From positions 32,001 through 96,000 of the IMG/VR virus record IMGVR_UViG_3300032268_001296: 64,000 bases of DNA; one strand, 5' to 3'. The position numbers were made by a program, and so were the translations under genes. The notes under the pieces are model-generated. The model was not told the origin of the DNA and did not search any database. It saw only the letters and a program-made list of their open reading frames with translations. Positions 57,866-64,000 of this stretch are shown here, one piece after another. The stretch's first letter is position 1. The number at the start of each line of letters is the position of its first letter. The DNA is from a virus.

Positions 57866-59725
57866 TTAATTAATAAACATTGGAGTGAATGTTGCTTGAG
57901 TGTTTTCAACTGGAGACGCCATCATGTCATAGTATAAATTCATCATCCAATTTCCTAGAACCAATGTAGAGTAAGAGTCTTTTCTTGCTTTGTCAGCTCC
58001 TCTTTGTTTTTTAAGGTTTGCTGGTAAATCAAAACTTTGAGTACCTTGGCTTGAGCTGGTTACTTGAATTAAAGCACATTGAACTTTAATCATGTCAACG
58101 TTATCTTTTAAATGCTCAATAAAATCAATCATTTTTGCACCCGACTCTTTCTCGCCTTCTATTCTAGAGTATTTTAAATCTGCAATTGGAATATTGGCGG
58201 ATTTTTGTTTGGAGAAATCATCATTCATAGCCATGCTCGCAAACCATATTTTTTTATGATCAAATGCCGATTGTAAAAGCTCGTTTGCATATCTAATCCA
58301 GAAAGAGCTTGGTTTTCTTAAGAATACTATTCTTCTGCTTTCTAAATTGTATTGATTTCTAGCATCTCGCAAAGCTTTATCATATTCTTGGGTGTTGTCT
58401 AAATCAGCGTCGAAACAATCTAGTTTAAAATTATTCTTTTTGAATAACTCGCTTTCGTTGCAGGAATTCAAAAATTGAACTCCACCGTTATAGTCTCCAA
58501 CAACAGCAACAACGTTGAAGTGTTTCATTAAGTAATAAAAATACTCAATGTGCCTTTTTAGATTCGTTCCAGAAAGCGCGTAGGAATGCACTACAACGCC
58601 TGTTCTTTGATCTGGGATAAGTTTGATGACTTGCATCGAGAAATCGTCTGAGCCATCGCTCTCGGACCAAGAAGGGTCGAAAGAAACAATATACTTGGCT
58701 TTTGGATCTCCTATAACTTCGACACACTGCCCTTCTCCGTCGATTATAGTGCATTGTGACATCTTACTAACCTTGAAGTATCCCGAACTATCATCAGTGA
58801 ATACAGAGCCGAATTCTCGCTCAAATTGAGCAACGCTCATTGTTGCTTTAGATTGGTCCAAAAGGTTTGCATCATAAAGCTGTTCAGGAGCGCAATCATA
58901 ACTCAAATGCATAATTACTCGATGAGCTTTATCCTTTTGGTCTGGATTCATTATCAGATTTTCATACTGCAAATAAAGCTTATATAAATATTCAAATCTA
59001 TAACTTGCAGATGAAAGTCCAATGATTTTGTTATGAGGCCAAATATGACGCTCAGATTCTTCCATTTTGCCTTCTTTTATAAGCTTGGTTTCCAAGTCGT
59101 AAACTTGTTGTCTTTCAGTTGGATTTTCTACAACAGCCAAGAACGGCAAAATAACTTCATTTAGAATTTTTTCTGGCATCAAAAGAAGCTCGTCAATAAT
59201 CATTCTTTGGAATCTGAAACCACGAAGCTTTTCTCCATCGCCTAATGGCAGAGCTGTAATTTTACTTCTGCCAATTTCCATGACCCATTCATCATTGCTT
59301 TTAGATATTCTGGTAATACATTGAGATAGTAGAGAGGCTTTCGGACTCTTAGCGATATCTTCAATCTTTCTAAAAATCATCTTAGACTGTCTGAACGACT
59401 TACTAATAATCCCGATATGAACACCTTGATTAAATATCGCATCTAAAATAGCAAATACAGCTGTGGAGAATGACTTTGAAAGACCTCGACTCCAAATACC
59501 CAAAAAGTAATCTGTTTCCATCATCGCTTTAATTGCCATGTGCTGGAATGGAAATAGACTTACCCCAGTAATTAATTCTGAAGAAAAAGATGGATTTTCT
59601 CGCAAGAACTTATACAAAAGAACCTTTGCTTTTTTTTCATCAATGAATCCTTTACAATCAATGATTTCTTGATTTATATTCTTGAATTTTTTATTTAATT
59701 TTTGCGATCCTTCGTGCCAACTCAT
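57866..59725 (-). CDS. terL: Terminase large subunit
   Basis: LFPFQ, SRGLSKS (Walker A), LRGFR, IIDE (Walker B), LSSA, FEREF, VSFDPS, RKDSY. Confidence 0.9.
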   Translation of the reverse strand: MSWHEGSQKLNKKFKNINQEIIDCKGFIDEKKAKVLLYKFLRENPSFSSELITGVSLFPFQHMAIKAMMETDYFLGIWSRGLSKSFSTAVFAILDAIFNQGVHIGIISKSFRQSKMIFRKIEDIAKSPKASLLSQCITRISKSNDEWVMEIGRSKITALPLGDGEKLRGFRFQRMIIDELLLMPEKILNEVILPFLAVVENPTERQQVYDLETKLIKEGKMEESERHIWPHNKIIGLSSASYRFEYLYKLYLQYENLIMNPDQKDKAHRVIMHLSYDCAPEQLYDANLLDQSKATMSVAQFEREFGSVFTDDSSGYFKVSKMSQCTIIDGEGQCVEVIGDPKAKYIVSFDPSWSESDGSDDFSMQVIKLIPDQRTGVVVHSYALSGTNLKRHIEYFYYLMKHFNVVAVVGDYNGGVQFLNSCNESELFKKNNFKLDCFDADLDNTQEYDKALRDARNQYNLESRRIVFLRKPSSFWIRYANELLQSAFDHKKIWFASMAMNDDFSKQKSANIPIADLKYSRIEGEKESGAKMIDFIEHLKDNVDMIKVQCALIQVTSSSQGTQSFDLPANLKKQRGADKARKDSYSTLVLGNWMMNLYYDMMASPVENTQATFTPMFIN

Positions 59726-60660
59726 TTTAAATTCCTTTCGTAATAGTTCATTGCTCCTGTATCTAAGAAATATTGTATGTCAGTATTCCATAACTTTTTT
59801 CCATTAACTAATAACTTAGGAATTAGAATCTGACTATTGCTTCTATTTCCGCTAAAAACAAACTGGCAGCAATCTCTGTACTCAGACTGAATTTCTCTCA
59901 TGTTATGAAATGCATAATCAAGATTATATCTCTTGGGAGAGTAGAGGTTTCTTTCTGCCATTTTGTAAAGATTACTTTCTGTCACAACAAAAAGATAACA
60001 TCCAAGATCTCTGCATCTCTGTAACTCTCTTCTAAATCTTTTATACTCAACGGTCATTGTTGAGCAAAAATCAGCAAATGACTTTCTATCTACATAAGTA
60101 TAATTATAATCTTCGCCGCCAACTGCATAATCTCCAACATCAAGTTTTAGCTTTTCTGAATTTTTAAATTCTAAAGGTTGCTGCTCTCTAGTATCTATAT
60201 AAATCTTGATATTGCGAAAATCAGAGTGAAATGATTTCGGCAAATTTGCATTAAACATAGGTTCAATGTCACAAGCTTTACAAGCATTTGAATAGCTTCC
60301 AAAAAACTTCTTATATAGCTGTATAGTAGGTAAACTGGAAGTGAAAAGTTCAATAGTATTCGGGCCATATTTTAATTCTTTCTTTTTTATTCTGTTTTTC
60401 AAGCAAGAAATTATATACGGTTGGACTTCGTTAGCTGGAGCAGACTCGCACCATTCTATTAACTGCTTATAATTTGAGAAATCTTTCTCAAAATAATCTT
60501 CATAGTTTTTAAATTGCAATAAGTCTCCAGAAAGCTTATTTCTTCTTGCAAAATGTTTTACATAGTAATCTCCTAAGATCATACCATGCTTTTTAATATG
60601 AGCATGTAAGCTTTTTAGTGAGCCAAAAGACTCTTCGCATTCTTTACAATCAAATGACAT
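59722..60660 (-). CDS. C2H2 zinc finger fused to ERCC4 (XPF-like) nuclease
   Basis: CKEC...LHAHIKKH; IDTREQ, LDVGDY, VDRKS..DF, RRELQR, VVTE. Confidence 0.8.
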   Translation of the reverse strand: MSFDCKECEESFGSLKSLHAHIKKHGMILGDYYVKHFARRNKLSGDLLQFKNYEDYFEKDFSNYKQLIEWCESAPANEVQPYIISCLKNRIKKKELKYGPNTIELFTSSLPTIQLYKKFFGSYSNACKACDIEPMFNANLPKSFHSDFRNIKIYIDTREQQPLEFKNSEKLKLDVGDYAVGGEDYNYTYVDRKSFADFCSTMTVEYKRFRRELQRCRDLGCYLFVVTESNLYKMAERNLYSPKRYNLDYAFHNMREIQSEYRDCCQFVFSGNRSNSQILIPKLLVNGKKLWNTDIQYFLDTGAMNYYERNLK

Positions 60661-61702
60661 CTTCTTGAGAAATTCCTAAAATTCTACTCTTCCATTCTGG
60701 CATACCCTCTAAGCGATGAGCTTCTTCTTTAACGAGAGCTTTTTGCATCTCCGCAATCTTAACCATGTTAAGACGCTCTTCTTCATCTTGAAAATATTGA
60801 ATCAAAGAAAGGATAGAGGCATTTTCTTTATGCTTGCTTTTCATGCGCTCAGCACGATCACCCTGAAGCTTTTTTGTTAAATTTTCAATTCGAGTTTCGC
60901 ACTGATGATACTCTGAACTTTTTGCTTTAATAATTTCCGACAAACGAACACTCATTTCCTCTTGATCGTTTGTGATATCAAATATATCATTTAACTTATT
61001 TAAATGTTTGCTAACAACTTCTAGATTAACGATTTCCTTACACACATTCATGTATAAGTTAATTTCATCTGCTGTTAAATCTGGCTTATCCCAAGTTAAA
61101 CGAATAAACTCTTGCTCAAATAATTCCCGATCTTCTTTTGATGTATAATTATTAACAATTTTCAAAAATCTTGAGTTATTTAAATTAACACCAAGCCTCT
61201 CTACGCACACTTTATGTTGCCTATTAATCTTATCTTCCTGCAATTCACTACCAGTTGCGTCGTTGATCTTTTTAACGATTCGGCTCGTCGATTTCGGCGC
61301 TACATAACTACTCAAGCCAACATCACTATCTTGCGATGGAGAATAGTCTGGATTGATTTCTTTTATCACCGAGTAAACTGCTCTTTGTTCCAGCGAAAGA
61401 GGTTTCACCTCTCTATCTGGAAATAGAATTTCAGCAATACGCAAGGAAGAAGAACCTGCGTTAGCATGTTCAACGATAAAGCTTACTTGCTCCTTTGTGA
61501 ATTCAATGCCTTCCTTTTTTTTGCGAGTAGAAGTTTTAAACTTCAATCCAGTTTCGATCATATAAGATCGAATAAGTCTTCCTTCTTTGCTTCTTCCATC
61601 GATTTCTGGATTATCGAATACAATACGAACGATCTCGTTAAGATCGGTTGTTTTGCGGTAAGTGCTTTTAATAAGTTCTTTTTGTTCGTCGGTTAGATTC
61701 AT
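60650..61702 (-). CDS. Hypothetical HTH/coiled-coil protein (terminase small subunit candidate)
   Basis: Two HTH-like N-terminal segments and a C-terminal coiled coil; two genes upstream of terL. Confidence 0.45.
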   Translation of the reverse strand: MNLTDEQKELIKSTYRKTTDLNEIVRIVFDNPEIDGRSKEGRLIRSYMIETGLKFKTSTRKKKEGIEFTKEQVSFIVEHANAGSSSLRIAEILFPDREVKPLSLEQRAVYSVIKEINPDYSPSQDSDVGLSSYVAPKSTSRIVKKINDATGSELQEDKINRQHKVCVERLGVNLNNSRFLKIVNNYTSKEDRELFEQEFIRLTWDKPDLTADEINLYMNVCKEIVNLEVVSKHLNKLNDIFDITNDQEEMSVRLSEIIKAKSSEYHQCETRIENLTKKLQGDRAERMKSKHKENASILSLIQYFQDEEERLNMVKIAEMQKALVKEEAHRLEGMPEWKSRILGISQEDVI

Positions 61703-62385
61703 AATATGATGTCATATTCTCTAATGATTGCTTCGGCTTTTTGCTTAAGCATTTTTTTTAGGTTTTTGATTTGTTTGTAGCCTGCTTTTCTGTTTTTCTC
61801 ATTGCTTTTATAACCCATGAATTTAGCAACTTCTTCTTCGCTTTTATGTTCAAAGAAAAGCATTATGTATACCGTGTAATGAGGTTCGGAAAGTTGGCAC
61901 TTTAGCAGTTCGTTTAATTTTGAAACAGAATCAGAAAAGTCTACGTTCGAATCTTGTTTTCGATTTATCTCCTGAGCGTGGTTTTCCATTGGTAATGGAA
62001 GCTTAACACCATATCCTGATTGTTTTTGCTTTGTCCACTTTAAGTAATCTGCGCATGATGAGTTTTGTGTTCCATTTTTAGTCATGGCGCAAAGATTATC
62101 TCCCATATTAAACTTACACTGCATACAAGGCTTTACATAATTTGTATAATTGTTGCGAATGATGTTTTTAATTTGATTCGATGTTATTCTAGCAATCCAA
62201 GGCTCAAGCGGCTTTGATTGATCCCACATGCTCCATTTGTTATATATGTGGATTTTTATTATTTGGGAAACATCGTCGAAATCAAACCAGTTGATAGCTT
62301 TTAATTGCCACTTCTTTCTAAAGCGCTGAATAACAGCATCTATCACCAAAGAATAGTCTTCGTATTTTTTCAAACTATTATTCAC
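61699..62385 (-). CDS. Second sigma70-family factor with Cys4 insertion; start likely GTG 62385
   Basis: DFDDVSQII, WDQSKPLEPWIARITSNQIKNIIR (region 2); CMQC...C...C; EEEVAKFMGY (region 4 HTH). Confidence 0.7.
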   Translation of the reverse strand: MNNSLKKYEDYSLVIDAVIQRFRKKWQLKAINWFDFDDVSQIIKIHIYNKWSMWDQSKPLEPWIARITSNQIKNIIRNNYTNYVKPCMQCKFNMGDNLCAMTKNGTQNSSCADYLKWTKQKQSGYGVKLPLPMENHAQEINRKQDSNVDFSDSVSKLNELLKCQLSEPHYTVYIMLFFEHKSEEEVAKFMGYKSNEKNRKAGYKQIKNLKKMLKQKAEAIIREYDIIL

Positions 62386-62728
62386 GACGAGTTTTGCTGC
62401 TAACGAAATCATCAACGCTAGAAGCTTTTCTGCGTCTGGTAGTTCTTGGCTCGTTGTTAGATTGGCCAAAAATAGAACCTAAAGAAAAACAATTAGATTC
62501 AGAGTAATTTTCAACTTCTACTTGCAACTTTCTAATAGAAGGAACATATTCAGCATCTGAATTTTCGGGATCGAAATTTTCTTCATCTTCGTCTTCATAT
62601 TCAGAAGCTCTGGTTTTGGAATTTGTAGGTTTGGCTAAAGAAAGTCCTAGTGAACTACCACAGCCCGAACAAAATTTAGGCTTAGAATAATTATAAGAAT
62701 GCTTCATGCCGCAATTTGGACAAAACAT
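62378..62728 (-). CDS. Zinc-ribbon protein
   Basis: MFCPNCG...PKFCSGCG followed by an acidic tract. Confidence 0.75.
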   Translation of the reverse strand: MFCPNCGMKHSYNYSKPKFCSGCGSSLGLSLAKPTNSKTRASEYEDEDEENFDPENSDAEYVPSIRKLQVEVENYSESNCFSLGSIFGQSNNEPRTTRRRKASSVDDFVSSKTRRE

Positions 62729-62785
62729 AGAATTCATACTATTATAATGCAATTATATAGTGTTTTTTCTAGTTATTTTTTTCGA

Positions 62786-62850
62786 CGAAAAGACAAGGCT
62801 ACCACCTGTATATTTAAGCATCCGCTGCGTGCGTTGTGGTAGCCTTGTCT
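62786..62850 (-). ncRNA. Candidate small structured RNA (15-bp perfect stem, 30-nt inner region)
   Basis: AGACAAGGCTACCAC / GTGGTAGCCTTGTCT; begins 8 nt after GTGTAA(62859-62864) and ends in TTTT. Confidence 0.45.
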
Positions 62851-62858
62851 ATATGTAT

Positions 62859-63587
62859 TTACACTGCTGCTCCGATTTTTTCCAATTTAGACACTAAAAA
62901 CTTAAGAATTTCACTACGCACAATATCGTTATGATTAAACATGAAAGTTTGAACTCCTTTGTCTTTGCTTTCTTTATCGTTAAACAAATTGAAGATATTT
63001 TTGAAGCCTGAGCGCTGCCCGATATCGCTTTGCATGATGTCGCCGCAGATGATAAGCTTAGTGCCTTCGCCTACTCTTGTGATAAGAGTGGTAAGTTCTT
63101 TTAAAGTGAAGTTTTGGCATTCATCAGCAACAACAATCTTGTCTGTCCAGCTTGCTCCGCGCAAAAAGTTAATTGGCACAGCACTGATCATTTCTTGTTT
63201 TTTTAACCAAGCAACATCTTGCGGCTGAACAATTTCTTCAAGCTTGTCGTATAAAGGCATTAAAAACGGATCAAACTTTTCCGCAATATCTCCTGGTAAA
63301 CTTCCAAGTCCTTTGTCTGCACTTTCAGCAATGCTTCGAACATACAACAATTCCTTATCTCGATCTGCCGCCATAATCTGAATCGCGGCATAAATCGCCA
63401 TGTATGTTTTAGAAGATCCTGCGGGTCCAGAAACAAAAATGATAGAATTGTCTGGATTCAATATGATATTTAAGAATTGAACTTGTTTGTCTGTAAATTT
63501 GAATTTACGGGCTTTTGTTCTGATCTTATGTTCTAGTTGAGGGTGGAACTCAAGAGAACCCGACTTGTCGAGTTTTTTCTTTGCCAT
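62859..63587 (-). CDS. phoH: PhoH-family ATPase
   Basis: GPAGSSKT, GLGSLPG, FLRGAS, ADECQN, TRVGEG, GDIMQSD, DIVRS. Confidence 0.95.
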   Translation of the reverse strand: MAKKKLDKSGSLEFHPQLEHKIRTKARKFKFTDKQVQFLNIILNPDNSIIFVSGPAGSSKTYMAIYAAIQIMAADRDKELLYVRSIAESADKGLGSLPGDIAEKFDPFLMPLYDKLEEIVQPQDVAWLKKQEMISAVPINFLRGASWTDKIVVADECQNFTLKELTTLITRVGEGTKLIICGDIMQSDIGQRSGFKNIFNLFNDKESKDKGVQTFMFNHNDIVRSEILKFLVSKLEKIGAAV

Positions 63588-63610
63588 TCATATATATTTA
63601 CACGCACAAA

Positions 63611-64000
63611 TCAAAGAACGATCTCTCTTAATGAAATATCTCCTGCTAAAATGCCTCCTTCTTCCATGGAAATATTTTGAGAAACAATGCGCGAATTTGA
63701 TGACATGGATAAAGGCTGAATAAATATAGAGCTATTATCATCAGCTTTAACGTCTATACTTATCACATCTCCATATCCAGTATAATCAATAAAATTGCCT
63801 ATGTTTGTTGCTTTGATTGATAATTCTTTTTCAACACTGTCTAAAAACATTTTTTGAGCAAACTTTTCCCCCAAATTAAATACAGGAGTTCTATTACAAG
63901 AAACTTGGTAAGATATGGAAGAATAGTTTTTATCAGATAGTAAATCGCCATTAGTGATTAATGTTTTGTACCCATGAGATAAAGAGCTGCTTGGAGGTTC
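63611..64000 (-). CDS. Tail-tube-like protein, 5' end beyond the window
   Basis: Frame is open to the edge: EPPSSSLSHG...SISYQVSCNRTPVFNLGEKF... Confidence 0.5.
   Translation of the reverse strand, partial: EPPSSSLSHGYKTLITNGDLLSDKNYSSISYQVSCNRTPVFNLGEKFAQKMFLDSVEKELSIKATNIGNFIDYTGYGDVISIDVKADDNSSIFIQPLSMSSNSRIVSQNISMEEGGILAGDISLREIVL

Noticed and set aside
62786-62858. tRNA or SRP RNA
   Set aside because: No cloverleaf or T-loop, and no SRP GNRA domain-IV motif; kept only as an unclassified sRNA candidate
166-63228. Many short antisense or alternate-frame ORFs in the track (e.g. 782-1174, 7695-8045, 15086-15595, 51987-52385, 53974-54498)
   Set aside because: Nested in well-supported genes with no motifs; shadows of codon bias
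1-64000. Stop-codon reassignment
   Set aside because: Conserved genes are full-length under the standard code, and TAA, TGA and TAG all terminate genes

Overview
A 64-kb, AT-rich, gene-dense segment of a large tailed dsDNA bacteriophage (Caudoviricetes, standard genetic code; no tail sheath in the window, so probably a long non-contractile tail). Order of content: glycosyltransferase, Whirly-like protein, SET protein and tail-fibre genes; a pseudokinase and ClpA/C ATPase; a replication block (PolIII-alpha split into PHP / 3'-5' exonuclease / catalytic genes, Cas4/RecB-like nuclease, DnaG, DnaB, RecA); a nucleotide-sugar and glycosyltransferase island; class Ia RNR with a free-standing homing endonuclease; dUTPase, dNMP kinase, sigma factor and SSB; tail, head and packaging modules; a second sigma factor and PhoH. 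Highlights: (1) the 2756-aa tape measure protein contains an internal cassette of apparent enzymatic domains (two PD-(D/E)XK nuclease-like, one protein-kinase-like), each bounded by a repeated [AL]-[AS]-x-G-[FYL]-[ILV]-P-N-[FY]-[AV] peptide, suggesting a modular injected-effector polyprotein; (2) a GTGTAA element 7-12 nt before ten start codons (probable phage-sigma promoter with leaderless or near-leaderless mRNAs); (3) one such element precedes an ORF-less 15-bp-stem hairpin (candidate sRNA); (4) the neck and tail-tube block is inverted. All functional calls come from motif recognition by eye, not database searches.
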